Shown piece after piece: positions 1 through 9,807 of a DNA stretch of 29,435 bases; the stretch's first letter is position 1; each line of letters begins with the position of its first letter. The notes beneath the pieces were generated by a model, which was not told the DNA's origin, searched no databases, and worked only from the letters and a program-made list of their open reading frames with translations. Source of the DNA: a virus (lineage: Duplodnaviria > Caudoviricetes); IMG/VR virus record IMGVR_UViG_3300025009_000318, positions 1-29,435 of that record; one strand, given 5' to 3'. The position numbers and the translations under genes were made by a program.

Positions 1-3000
1 ATATATCAATTTCTTTTTTTATTTTTGCTGCATCTTTTAAGGTTTGAACTATATTATTAGCGTAATCTTGCATTGATTTTTGATTCTGATTAAGTGTGAG
101 TTTTAGATTTGCCATTTCATCATTTAAAGCTTTTTGAGATTCTGTAGTTAAATCTGTTGCTTTTAATAAATGACCAATAGTAACAATTTCATTAAAAATT
201 GCATCTTCTTTTTCTTTTAATATAGTAATTTGCTTTGCTTGTTCTTTAGCATATTCTTCAGATGATTTATCATATAAATCCATTATTGATTTAGATAGAT
301 TTATTTTTTTATCTAAATCAGAAAGAGATTGTTCGAATTTCCCAATTTCAATTTGAGTTAAGGAATTTTTTAGTGCTACTAGAGAATCTGTAAGTGTATC
401 AATGGATACACCTGTTTCATGATATGCTTTTTCTAATTTTTGTAATTCATCATGAGTCATATTCATAGTTTTTCTAGTTTCTACACTTGAGTTTTTGAAC
501 TTTGTTTGATACGCGAGGGTGTCTTCACCTTTATTGTCAAACCATGATAATGTTTCTCTGACTGAATATCCACCTTCAGATGATACTTTTGCAAATTCAT
601 CTTCCATTTTTGAACGAGCTTGGGATAGTTGGGAGATTTGTTTGGTTTCACCTTCTATTAGTTGACGGGAGAGGGTGAGTTCCTTATTGTAGTCTTTTGC
701 AGATTTTGCTATTTGTAGTTGCTTTTCGAGTAGTTTGTTGGATTCTTCTGTGATTTTGGATTCGGTTAAGAATGAACGAATTAGGGACTCTTCTATTGAT
801 ACAAATTCTGATAGAGGGGTTGTTGGGGATGATTTGTCTTTTTTATCCTTTGGTTCCGATACTCCATAATTAGGAGAAGAAATACCATTCTCAAATGTCT
901 TTAAATTCATCAACCTATTTAATTGTGCTTGAGAATTACCTAAATCATATTTTGCTTGAGATGCCATTGAATCAGAAGTATTTGTTGAAAGATAATTTCC
1001 TTTTTCATCTTCTCTAACACTTAATTTTGCTGCATTTAATTTATTGATTGCTTCTATTTCTTTATTAATCTCATTAATACGAATTTGTGTTGCGGAAATG
1101 GTTGCTTGAGTGTCGGCAATTTGAGCGTCAATTGATTTATTAGAACCTGTTACTTTTGCTGTTACTGCATCAATTTCTGCTTGACGAAGAGTTTTAATTA
1201 CGTCTATATTAATTACAACTGCACCATTTACAATTGAGATCGCATCTGCCATTTTTTCATTAGCAGATATTAATTCAAGTGCTTTTTCAATAGACATTTC
1301 TTGACCATTAGATTGATCATATAGTATTTGGTTGTATTCTTTGATAGAATCAGTAGAATCTTTAGATGATTTTATAAGAGACGAAAGTGATACTGTAACT
1401 TTATCTATTTTTTCTTTTGCTTCTTGGGCAGAAGGCATATTAAGCATATTTTTAAGAATTATTCCTGTTACTTCTCCCTCACTGCCCAACTTTTCTAAAT
1501 ATGGAGATAGTTCAGAAATAGCACTTTCATAAGAAGATTTAATTACATCATTACTTACTCCACTCTTAACCAATTCTTCTAATTTAGTTTTTGCTTCGTT
1601 AAGTTTTGATGAAAAATCAGATTTTTCTAATCCGTCAAAAATATTAGTAAATTGTTCTCCTGTTATTTTTGCCTCATCTTTAAGAGAACTTAAATCATAG
1701 ATTAACTTTGTAATTGCTTCTTTTCCTAAAGATTGTGCGGAATCACTACTTTTTAAAAAAGAATCTGCCAAACTTGATAAATCTTTTCTACTTTCAAGAA
1801 CTTTTGAACTCAATGTTGGCAATTCGTCTTTTATACCCTTTAAATTGTTTTTGGCAATTACTAATGAATCATTACCGTATGCGTCAAATTGAACTTGCTT
1901 ACCATTATTTATATCATCTATTATCTTTAAGTATTCTTCTTTGTGCTTAGTCAATAAATCTAATCGTTTTTGATCTTTTTGTAATTGAGAAAAATTATTT
2001 GAACCATCCGTAATAAATGTATTAGACATTTGTTCTTGTTTAATTTTTAATAATTCTTCATTGTCTTTAATTGCCTGTTTAATTGATTCTGATGAACCAA
2101 TTATTGCCTTCCCCTCAGAATCATATCCTTCTATTAAATCTGGGAATTGAGCAATTAGACGGTCTTTTACTTCTGCTAACTTTGTTTCCTCATCTGCTGT
2201 ACGAGATGTTATAGAAGATAGGGATTCATATTGATTGGCTAAATTTTTAGCTTCTGCAGTTTGTTGTTTAAGTGAATTAATACTTCTGCTTAATTCGTCA
2301 AATGCTTCTTTTTGTTTTTTTGCAGATTTCTCTGCTGACGCTCCCATAAAGTCAAATATCATTATAATAGCAGTTACCGCACCGATTACTAAACCTATCG
2401 GATTAGCAAGCATAGCTGCCCATAAACCTTTAATTGCAAAAGTTAGTGATGTTGTAGTACTCATCATTCCAATTTGTGCAAAAGACATTCCTGCTAATCT
2501 AGCTTGTGTTTGAACCAAACTTGAATTTAACAACATAGTTGATGCAGAAAAATTCTTTAAAAAAGTCAAAAATGCTGTTCCTTTATTTACGGAAAGTATA
2601 GTAAATATAATCCCTAAAATAGTTCTAAGATTTCCAAAATTATTAATTAATAGAGTTATTCCACCTATCATGCTTTTTACAAGACTTGTATCTATAGTAT
2701 TATTCCAGAAGTTATTTATGGAATTGCGAAGTTGATTAATCTTGGTTTCCCAACTGCCCATTCTCACTTCATTTTCAGCCATAGCACTTCCACTGGCAGT
2801 AGAGTATTCTTGAAGCATACTTTTATACATATCAAAATTCTCTACTAAGGCAACTAATTGATTACCTCTGTATTTTCCGCCAAGACTTTCGATAATTGGG
2901 GCAGTTTTCATTGAACTAAGACCTGACCAAATTCGACTCAAATCTTCTAAAACTGACATTGGGTTTCTTAGTTCTTCAATGCCATTTCGCATTTCATGAA

Positions 3001-5062
3001 CTTTAATTCCAACACTATCCAATGCTTTTGCAGACTTAGACAATGCTTCGTCGTCAATTATATCTCCGTCTTCTGTTTCTCCCTTTATTTGTCTTATGTT
3101 CATTAAAATTCCACGAAATGCCCGTCCTGCTTCATTTCCACTCTTTTGTGTAATTGCTGTCATTGTCCCAACTGCAGCAGAAAGTTCATTTATTCCTACG
3201 GAGGCGTTTGCAGATATAGATCCTGCAACCATAATTCCTTCACTTATTTTAGAAATGCTGGTCGCGAACTTGTTATCTATGATATTTGCGCCGTCCAAAA
3301 CTTTCATTAATTCTTCTTCACTACCTTTGTATTTATAAGCAGCATCAGTAGCAAGTAAAAATCCATTAGCTTGTTCTGCGGTAAGCTCACCAACGTTTTG
3401 AGACAGCAGAGAAACTTTTGCTAAATCTTCCGCTTTTCCTTCATATCCTGCGCGACTAAATTCACCAATTGATTTTAAATAGTCTTGTGCTGTGCGACCA
3501 AAAGCATTAGAGGCTTCAAATGCACTATCTTTTAAATTATTCATAGCTTCGGCACTAAGATTAGTTACTTTAGCAATATTTACCATTAATCCATCTAATT
3601 CTTTTAATGTGGTCAGGCCGGCTTGTAAAGACCTAAGTGGGGCGTACAGCGCGGTAGCAACCAAACCCCACGCAATCATCTTCCCAAAATTTTTACTGAG
3701 CGTAGTCAAAAAACTATCAGCAGCACCATTTATTCTTGTAATTTCATTTGTAGCACTTCTTACAGATGTTGTTAATTGTGCAAACTGTAAATTCAATTCT
3801 CTTGCAGATTTTCCTCCAACAGTTCCAAATCTGGCTACTCCATCAGTTAACCGTGTCATTTCTGCTTGGATTTCTGGTCTTGCAAAAACAGTATCTTTTC
3901 CAACTTGCAAACTGGATAATTTATTTGCCATATTGCCTTGATATAATGAAATATCACTGGCACTTAAAGTTCTAGTATTTGTAGTTGCTATTATACGTTG
4001 TAAATCTCTATATTTAGCAATTTCTAACTCTAGATTTGCTATACTTTGTACAAATCCTCTTCTTTGCTCATTAGATAAATTTGTACTGCTATTTCTTGTC
4101 TGGTCAATTTGTAGTTTAATCTTATCATATTGTGCAACTAGTGCTGATAAATTTCCATCATCTTTAATTCCAGTTGCAGGAGAAGTAAATCCACTTTTAA
4201 GTTTAGCAATTTTGTTTTCATATAATTGAAGCTTATCTAATGCTTTTTGTATATTAGATCCTGCATTATTATCAATTAAATTCTCTCCGCTAAAAACATA
4301 TCCTCTTTGAATACTATTTCCTGAAGCAATTTTTGCCATATCAAATTTTAGTTTTTCAATTACGCCACTTGCTCTTGTTACATTTGCTATAAATCCAGTT
4401 ATTTCTTGCTTTGAATTCTTTAAAAATGTAACATCTACATCTCCAAGAGATTTAAATTCTTTTTTAACTCTCTCAATTATATTAGAAGCAGAAACAAAAA
4501 ATTGTCTTCCTTCTGCTTCTAATTTTGTCCTATCAAAAATTTGTTCTGTTTTTATTGGTGTTCTTGACAATTTTGAATCGCTTGCTACATAACCTGAAGT
4601 TGTACTTGTTATTCCTTTTGCATTTAATTTAGATATTTCTGCTAAATTAAATTTTACTTTTTCTAGTTGATTATTAGCAGATTTAATACTTGCTTCAAAT
4701 GATTTTATATTGCCACTAGAATCTGTTATTATAGAACCTAAATCAAACTTTTTACCATTAAATGCACCTTTAATATATTTTTCAACATCTTCAATTGTTT
4801 TTATTACACCTTGTTTATATTTAATACCTTGATCTTTCAAATATTGCTCATTAAATATTTTAATTTTAGAACTTCCACTTTGTGATGTTGCTTTTTTAAT
4901 CTTTTCCATAGTGTCATTAATCATAGTTAAATCTTTAGCATCTACTTTTAATTTAACCGATATATCAGTAGTTACTTGTTTTTGTAAATCTTTTATTTGT
5001 TTATTAATGTTTGTAGTTGCGGCATCTATTTTTGCTTTAATTAATATATTTAAATCATCCAA
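1..5062 (-). CDS. Tape measure protein, 3' end outside window (at least 1687 codons)
   Basis: SD GAGGTGG then TTG at 5062 (MDDLNILIKAKID). The frame matches the window end (..DAAKIKKEIDI); no stop in the window explains its absence from the ORF track. PhageMin_Tail/TP901-like segment at about 2750-3620 (ELDGLMVNIAKVTNLS..FGRTAQDYLKSIGEFSRAGY..TQKSGNEAGRAFRGILMNI), hydrophobic segment at about 2350-2670, coiled-coil elsewhere. Confidence 0.92.
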   Translation of the reverse strand, partial: MDDLNILIKAKIDAATTNINKQIKDLQKQVTTDISVKLKVDAKDLTMINDTMEKIKKATSQSGSSKIKIFNEQYLKDQGIKYKQGVIKTIEDVEKYIKGAFNGKKFDLGSIITDSSGNIKSFEASIKSANNQLEKVKFNLAEISKLNAKGITSTTSGYVASDSKLSRTPIKTEQIFDRTKLEAEGRQFFVSASNIIERVKKEFKSLGDVDVTFLKNSKQEITGFIANVTRASGVIEKLKFDMAKIASGNSIQRGYVFSGENLIDNNAGSNIQKALDKLQLYENKIAKLKSGFTSPATGIKDDGNLSALVAQYDKIKLQIDQTRNSSTNLSNEQRRGFVQSIANLELEIAKYRDLQRIIATTNTRTLSASDISLYQGNMANKLSSLQVGKDTVFARPEIQAEMTRLTDGVARFGTVGGKSARELNLQFAQLTTSVRSATNEITRINGAADSFLTTLSKNFGKMIAWGLVATALYAPLRSLQAGLTTLKELDGLMVNIAKVTNLSAEAMNNLKDSAFEASNAFGRTAQDYLKSIGEFSRAGYEGKAEDLAKVSLLSQNVGELTAEQANGFLLATDAAYKYKGSEEELMKVLDGANIIDNKFATSISKISEGIMVAGSISANASVGINELSAAVGTMTAITQKSGNEAGRAFRGILMNIRQIKGETEDGDIIDDEALSKSAKALDSVGIKVHEMRNGIEELRNPMSVLEDLSRIWSGLSSMKTAPIIESLGGKYRGNQLVALVENFDMYKSMLQEYSTASGSAMAENEVRMGSWETKINQLRNSINNFWNNTIDTSLVKSMIGGITLLINNFGNLRTILGIIFTILSVNKGTAFLTFLKNFSASTMLLNSSLVQTQARLAGMSFAQIGMMSTTTSLTFAIKGLWAAMLANPIGLVIGAVTAIIMIFDFMGASAEKSAKKQKEAFDELSRSINSLKQQTAEAKNLANQYESLSSITSRTADEETKLAEVKDRLIAQFPDLIEGYDSEGKAIIGSSESIKQAIKDNEELLKIKQEQMSNTFITDGSNNFSQLQKDQKRLDLLTKHKEEYLKIIDDINNGKQVQFDAYGNDSLVIAKNNLKGIKDELPTLSSKVLESRKDLSSLADSFLKSSDSAQSLGKEAITKLIYDLSSLKDEAKITGEQFTNIFDGLEKSDFSSKLNEAKTKLEELVKSGVSNDVIKSSYESAISELSPYLEKLGSEGEVTGIILKNMLNMPSAQEAKEKIDKVTVSLSSLIKSSKDSTDSIKEYNQILYDQSNGQEMSIEKALELISANEKMADAISIVNGAVVINIDVIKTLRQAEIDAVTAKVTGSNKSIDAQIADTQATISATQIRINEINKEIEAINKLNAAKLSVREDEKGNYLSTNTSDSMASQAKYDLGNSQAQLNRLMNLKTFENGISSPNYGVSEPKDKKDKSSPTTPLSEFVSIEESLIRSFLTESKITEESNKLLEKQLQIAKSAKDYNKELTLSRQLIEGETKQISQLSQARSKMEDEFAKVSSEGGYSVRETLSWFDNKGEDTLAYQTKFKNSSVETRKTMNMTHDELQKLEKAYHETGVSIDTLTDSLVALKNSLTQIEIGKFEQSLSDLDKKINLSKSIMDLYDKSSEEYAKEQAKQITILKEKEDAIFNEIVTIGHLLKATDLTTESQKALNDEMANLKLTLNQNQKSMQDYANNIVQTLKDAAKIKKEIDI

Positions 5063-5096
5063 ATTAATCCACCTCTCTTTTATGTTTTAGGGCATG

Positions 5097-5123
5097 AAAA
5101 TACCCTACCTTCAAAGAGTAGGG
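5097..5123 (-). terminator. Stem-loop between the neck gene and the tape measure gene
   Basis: CCCTAC (5103-5108) pairs with GTAGGG (5118-5123); short U-rich tail on the - strand. Confidence 0.5.
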
Positions 5124-5142
5124 AGTTGATTTTATTATATAA

Positions 5143-5625
5143 TTATTTTGTTGTAATTCCTTTTGTTCGTAAATATCCTTTTAACCTAATCATATGTTCT
5201 TTTGTTTGCTTCATCTCTTCTATTGTTAATTGCATATACTCAAAAGCAGGAGTGTTGTAATAAGGATTGTATTTTTGATTACCATACTCTAATAGAAATG
5301 GTAATTCTTCATTATATGGACTTCCATCAAATGATTGATGAATACCCCACATTCCTTCTGGTCCATATCTAGGAATTATTTTATCAGCATCTATATATAT
5401 CTTAACTGATATTTCATCTCCAATTACAGAAACTTTCCCTATGGTTAATGCTCGTAAAACTTCAAAACTGCGCGAATACATAGATTGTTCATTAGCATAA
5501 ACAGTAGATAAGAGATACTTTTGAATAGTATCTCTTACACTTCTTGCCACATCATCTTGCATAGCTTTTGCTACCTGTAATTTTGCATAATTAAGTAGTG
5601 AATTCACATCTTTAAAATCAGGCAT
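5143..5625 (-). CDS. Putative neck/tail-completion protein (HK97 gp10-like)
   Basis: 160 aa; pattern VY..Y.RS..L...LLEYG...PAFEYMQLTIEEM and position next to the tape measure gene. Confidence 0.6.
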   Translation of the reverse strand: MPDFKDVNSLLNYAKLQVAKAMQDDVARSVRDTIQKYLLSTVYANEQSMYSRSFEVLRALTIGKVSVIGDEISVKIYIDADKIIPRYGPEGMWGIHQSFDGSPYNEELPFLLEYGNQKYNPYYNTPAFEYMQLTIEEMKQTKEHMIRLKGYLRTKGITTK

Positions 5626-6166
5626 TTTTATCTCCTATGTTAATACCCATTGCTTTTCCAAGATTTTTAAGAGAATCAGGAGATATCTTATTAAATTGTT
5701 TAGGCAATTCTTTTATTAATTTCATTAATCCGTTTTGATCTGGAATTTTTATAATTAGTTTATTTAATGCTTGATTAACAATATTAACCATACTGTTATC
5801 AACCAACTGAATCTGTTCAATTTCTTTTTCCAAAATATTATAAATAAACTTCTTTTCAGATTCAGGAATTAATTCTATAATTTCATCTAGCACACCATAT
5901 TCTTTTAATTCATCATATAACGCCACAACATCATCTACTTCAAAATTTATATTTGTAAATTCATTTGCTAAAACATATTCAAAAGCGAACTCTTTCAAAG
6001 CAAAATCAATTCTTTTGACTTCCTCATCAATTATACACAAATCTAAAATCTTTTTAATTAATATTTTTTTTGTAGATAGTGGTAAATAATTTTTAATTTT
6101 AAAGCCTACACATTCATTAATCTTATATCCTTGCTCTCTAATAATTTCTAACGTTAATAATTCCAT
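5618..6166 (-). CDS. Conserved phage protein, possible tail assembly chaperone
   Basis: 182 aa, acidic and helical, SD GGAGGA, overlaps the start of the next gene; function inferred from position only. Confidence 0.55.
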   Translation of the reverse strand: MELLTLEIIREQGYKINECVGFKIKNYLPLSTKKILIKKILDLCIIDEEVKRIDFALKEFAFEYVLANEFTNINFEVDDVVALYDELKEYGVLDEIIELIPESEKKFIYNILEKEIEQIQLVDNSMVNIVNQALNKLIIKIPDQNGLMKLIKELPKQFNKISPDSLKNLGKAMGINIGDKNA

Positions 6167-6204
6167 TTAATTAATTCCTCCATTTATTTATATTTATTCA
6201 CATT

Positions 6205-6244
6205 AATACAACTCCATACGCTATTGAGTGTAGGGAGTTGTATT
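6205..6244. terminator. Stem-loop ending the membrane-protein moron
   Basis: AATACAACTCC...GGAGTTGTATT inverted repeat immediately after the stop at 6246. Confidence 0.6.
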
Positions 6245-6245
6245 T

Positions 6246-6662
6246 TTATCTAAGATTCTTAACAGCTAAAATTCCATCTTCTGAATTCATTTTCCCTATG
6301 TCATCTAAACGATTTGTTGATATACTAAAATAATTTCCAATACTTTTATAATAAATTTCTAATTTGTTTACATAAGAAGTATCTACTTTCTTATTAAGAT
6401 TGATTTCGCTAGATATTAACATTATAGTAATATACAAGTTTTCATCATCATTCAAGTCATTTCTCCAATTTTTTGCTATATTAAGCATCTTAGATTTATC
6501 TGAAATATTATTCACTTTCAAATCAGATGCTTTTTGATAATCACCAATGTTATAATAATACTGAGCCAAACTAACTTTTTGATTATGCTTATAAGCAAAA
6601 AATCCAACAGATATTGCTATAATTATCACTATGAATATCCCGATAATCTTATTTGTTTTCAT
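6246..6662 (-). CDS. Membrane-anchored protein of unknown function
   Basis: 138 aa; N-terminal MKTNK followed by hydrophobic IIGIFIVIIIAISVGFFAY; ATGA overlap with the upstream gene. Confidence 0.8.
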   Translation of the reverse strand: MKTNKIIGIFIVIIIAISVGFFAYKHNQKVSLAQYYYNIGDYQKASDLKVNNISDKSKMLNIAKNWRNDLNDDENLYITIMLISSEINLNKKVDTSYVNKLEIYYKSIGNYFSISTNRLDDIGKMNSEDGILAVKNLR

Positions 6663-6865
6663 TGCTTCTCACCAACTTTTTCAGCTAAAACAATTAATAA
6701 TCCACCTGAGAATATAGCTGAACCGAACGACATAATACCTACATAGTGGTAGAAACTTTCTGCTACACTTTTCCCTGATACAGATTCTATGTTAAGTAAT
6801 AGGAATCCTGCTACTAGAAATAAAATGGTAGATAATAGTGCTAAGATTTGTATAAACAATTTCAT
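6659..6865 (-). CDS. Small protein with two transmembrane helices
   Basis: 68 aa with two hydrophobic stretches; strong SD AAGGAGGT. Confidence 0.8.
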   Translation of the reverse strand: MKLFIQILALLSTILFLVAGFLLLNIESVSGKSVAESFYHYVGIMSFGSAIFSGGLLIVLAEKVGEKQ

Positions 6866-6904
6866 TATTGTATACCTCCTTTTAATATTTTTATTATTAA
6901 ATTT

Positions 6905-6933
6905 ATTATATGCTATTTAGAGGAAGTATACAA
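6905..6933 (-). promoter_or_regulatory. SigA-type promoter for the membrane-protein moron
   Basis: TTGTAT-17 nt-TATAAT on the - strand, about 40 nt upstream of 6865. Confidence 0.7.
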
Positions 6934-6967
6934 CAAATTATTGAAATTATGTTAAGAATTATGATTA

Positions 6968-8584
6968 TTAAATAGACGCTTGATGGTCTATATTATTACT
7001 TATTATTTTCTTTTTAAAATGTTTTGCAAAATTGCTATATTTCCCATATCTTTTGATTATTTCATGATATATTCCAGATTCTTTTCTAGATATAATCATC
7101 GTACTAGGTAAAACATCTTGATTATTACTATATGGCATTAACACTTCTAAAAGTTCTTCATCAGTCATACTAAAACATTCTCTGGTGCTTATATTATATG
7201 TATTTTCTACATGTTTTAACTCAATTCCCAAGAATGGTTTAAATATCTCTTTAAGAGTTTTAGTTTTTACATCATCCGGGTAAATAAAAAGACATTTATC
7301 TAAGTGTCCGTTTAATCTTAATATTTCAATTTTATCTTCTAATCTTTCTTTATACTTTCTCCCTATACCACCCCTTGGTTTATCTGAATACATTCCTGCA
7401 TATTCTACATATCGCCATTGATTATTAATAAACACTTTCCAATCAAAAACTTTTTTACTATCTTCTATTAATTCTTTATATTTTGGTTGTCTAATAAATA
7501 TTAATTCATTGTCGATAAAGAAATTGGCAATATTACATTCTTCTAACGATTTGCATTTTTCTCCATTCTTATCAAAACATATCTTACCTGCTCCTCCACC
7601 TTTATAAAATTTTTTGTAATCTATTTTAAGTAATTTACATATGTTCTCAATTGAACCAAAATGACTAATATATGTTGGTGCTGAAGCTATATCTGAATTA
7701 TTATTCATATCACTGTGATAAGGAATTCTTTTTAATTTCAGAAATAGATTATTAAAATCAGTTAACATTTCTTCCTCTGTTCTTACCATACTTGTTGATC
7801 CAGTTGGAATCCAATTTAAACCTTCAATTATTTTATTATATGTAATACCATCAAATACTCTTGTAAATAGATTCCAACTATACTTACAACCGTATTCTTC
7901 TAATTCAATAAACATAGGTGGTCTATTTAAAATATTATATATTCTTGTAAGTTCATTTGTTAAATCTTCCTTAGTAACTTCCCCATGAATACTATTTAAA
8001 TCGTATTGTGGTATATATTTCCTACATATATCATTATATTTTATTTTTACCTTTGTTTCTAAAACTCTCCTTCCAAAACCTCTATGTGTCAATGTATCAT
8101 ATTCTACTACTGTAGGACATTTATTTAATTTATCTGCTAACTTTATTAACTCTTTTATAGATATTTCAATTCTCTCTTCATCTGTTAATGGAATTTCTGC
8201 AATACCTGCTAAATAACATGCATTTTCATAACTCTCAAAATTTTTACAATAATATGTATGTGATGGTTCTAATTTATTAATCCTAAATTCTTCTCTAGTT
8301 GGTATTTTACCTAATAGATCATAATGTTCTTTTAACTTTACCAAAGACCATTCTTTGTTTATTTTATAAGATGGATCTGATTTTATTAAATCACAAATAT
8401 CAAAAATATCTCCTAATTTAGTACATCCAAATGTATTTCTTGTGTAAGTAAGAGATGGTAATCCATTTTTATTTACAAACTCATTAGTGTTTGGTGTCCT
8501 TCCATTAATCTCATAAAAACCTTGTATAGCTTTAATTACTTCTTCTTTAGTCCACTGTTTAAATTGATTTCTACTATTTCCCAT
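6968..8584 (-). CDS. Free-standing homing-endonuclease-like protein: homing-endonuclease-associated repeats plus PD-(D/E)XK nuclease domain
   Basis: About five repeats of the type TKEEVIKAIQGFYEINGRTP..PS..Y...FGS; nuclease core CKSLEECNIANFF..FDWKV..YVEYAGM..Y....K. ATG at 8584 lies 8 nt after SD AAGGAG. Confidence 0.75.
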   Translation of the reverse strand: MGNSRNQFKQWTKEEVIKAIQGFYEINGRTPNTNEFVNKNGLPSLTYTRNTFGCTKLGDIFDICDLIKSDPSYKINKEWSLVKLKEHYDLLGKIPTREEFRINKLEPSHTYYCKNFESYENACYLAGIAEIPLTDEERIEISIKELIKLADKLNKCPTVVEYDTLTHRGFGRRVLETKVKIKYNDICRKYIPQYDLNSIHGEVTKEDLTNELTRIYNILNRPPMFIELEEYGCKYSWNLFTRVFDGITYNKIIEGLNWIPTGSTSMVRTEEEMLTDFNNLFLKLKRIPYHSDMNNNSDIASAPTYISHFGSIENICKLLKIDYKKFYKGGGAGKICFDKNGEKCKSLEECNIANFFIDNELIFIRQPKYKELIEDSKKVFDWKVFINNQWRYVEYAGMYSDKPRGGIGRKYKERLEDKIEILRLNGHLDKCLFIYPDDVKTKTLKEIFKPFLGIELKHVENTYNISTRECFSMTDEELLEVLMPYSNNQDVLPSTMIISRKESGIYHEIIKRYGKYSNFAKHFKKKIISNNIDHQASI

Positions 8585-8589
8585 ACTCA

Positions 8590-8720
8590 ACACTCCTTAA
8601 AATTTTATATTCCTACTAAAAACCAACCACACACTCCAAACCAAAACCATATAAAAAGGCAACAAAAAAGAAGGGAGGAGTGTATTCCCTTCTACTGCAT
8701 TGCAATTGCAGATTGTTACC
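8590..8720 (-). promoter_or_regulatory. Structured leader RNA, copy C
   Basis: Enclosing stem GGUAACAA/UUGUUGCC; hairpin CUGCA-AUUGCAA-UGCAG; hairpin AGAAGGGA-AUACACUCC-UCCCUUCU whose loop is complementary to GGAGUGU at the SD (8590-8596) and again at 8631-8637. Confidence 0.65.
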
Positions 8721-8776
8721 AAAACTATCAAATTAAAAATTGAGTATAGTTCAATATGACCTATAGTTAGATACAC

Positions 8777-8807
8777 AAAAAGAACCCACTAAAACCAGTG
8801 GATTCTT
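8777..8807 (-). terminator. Intrinsic terminator after the GNAT gene
   Basis: AAGAAUCCACU-loop-AGUGGGUUCUU followed by UUU. Confidence 0.7.
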
Positions 8808-8861
8808 CTCTAAACAAATATAACTAAAATAATACAATCTCCCAAACTAACAAATCAAATC

Positions 8862-9440
8862 CTATGTTCCAGTCTCTTCAACAACATCAATAACCTCATC
8901 ATATAAAACATCTAATCTCATGCTTGTATTTCCTCTTTTATATTTTTCATTACATAAAAATCCTTGTTTCTTATAAAACTCAACAACAGTTGAATTATTC
9001 TTTGTGTCTGCATCTAGGATAATAAACCTACAAGCAATACCTGCATTTCTTAAATCCTCAGTTATACCTCTAGCTAATTCAATCATTAAAGATCCAATGC
9101 CTTTAAATCTTTCTTTATATTTCATATCTACAGCTAACTTCCCAATCTTCATTGAAGGTATTGCTTCGAAATTCACAAATCCAATCTTGTGCGAGTCCTT
9201 TTCTAAACTAGAAAGTTTTATAGAGTCAGTAGATAATGCCATAAATGCAATTATGTCTGCATTTTCTTTATTAATTAAGAGATGAACTTTTGATATTTCT
9301 GCTTCTTGTAGTCCAATAGCTTCATCTCTTAAAAACTTATTATATTCTTCAAATTCACAAGTGAAATCACAAAATCTATAGCCATTAGATAAGTCAACCA
9401 ATTTAATCATGTCTTGAAAATCGTAAATACTTTGTATCAT
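8862..9440 (-). CDS. GNAT acetyltransferase, TacT/AtaT-like toxin
   Basis: FTCEFEEYNKFLRDEA, IIAFMALS, IPSMKIGKLAVD, KGIGSLMI, CRFIILDA and VEFYKKQGF match the layout of tRNA-acetylating GNAT toxins. Confidence 0.8.
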   Translation of the reverse strand: MIQSIYDFQDMIKLVDLSNGYRFCDFTCEFEEYNKFLRDEAIGLQEAEISKVHLLINKENADIIAFMALSTDSIKLSSLEKDSHKIGFVNFEAIPSMKIGKLAVDMKYKERFKGIGSLMIELARGITEDLRNAGIACRFIILDADTKNNSTVVEFYKKQGFLCNEKYKRGNTSMRLDVLYDEVIDVVEETGT

Positions 9441-9442
9441 AT

Positions 9443-9697
9443 TTATCTTCTCAACTTTCTGAGTAACTCTTGTGCTCTCTTATTTCTAGCAAGAGCTGTT
9501 GGTGATGGTGGTCTTAAAAGAGCTTGTCTAATATCTTCAGCATATTGCCCTTCAACAACAGTTGCTCGCATGATGCAATTTTGAATTGTTTCCATTTGCT
9601 TTTTTCCTCCTTTCCACAATTTAACTTTCTTTTTTGCCCTAGATTTATTAACCTTAGTTGTTTTTCCTTTTCCTCTAGACATTCTAACCATCTTCAT
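9443..9697 (-). CDS. Putative antitoxin partner of the GNAT (84 aa from ATG 9697, or 50 aa from ATG 9595)
   Basis: Ends 2 nt before the GNAT start. C-terminus ALLRPPSPTALARNKRA resembles the C-terminal segment of DUF1778 (TacA/AtaR) antitoxins. The ORF-track start at 9811 lies upstream of the promoter and is unlikely; SD AAAGGAGG precedes ATG 9595. Confidence 0.6.
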   Translation of the reverse strand: MKMVRMSRGKGKTTKVNKSRAKKKVKLWKGGKKQMETIQNCIMRATVVEGQYAEDIRQALLRPPSPTALARNKRAQELLRKLRR

Positions 9698-9733
9698 AAT
9701 AAATTCCTCTTTCAATGAATTATTCGATGGTTG

Positions 9734-9762
9734 ATTATACCAAAAAATAGCAAGAGAGTCAA
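9734..9762 (-). promoter_or_regulatory. SigA promoter of the toxin-antitoxin pair
   Basis: TTGACT-17 nt-TATAAT with extended -10 TG. Confidence 0.8.
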
Positions 9763-9807
9763 CAAAATTAATATATTTATTTCTTACTTTACAAACATAA
9801 AACAAAA

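Noticed and set aside
1332-3975. Plus-strand ORFs of 66-149 aa
   Set aside because: Antisense shadows of the tape measure gene; no SD and no recognisable motifs.
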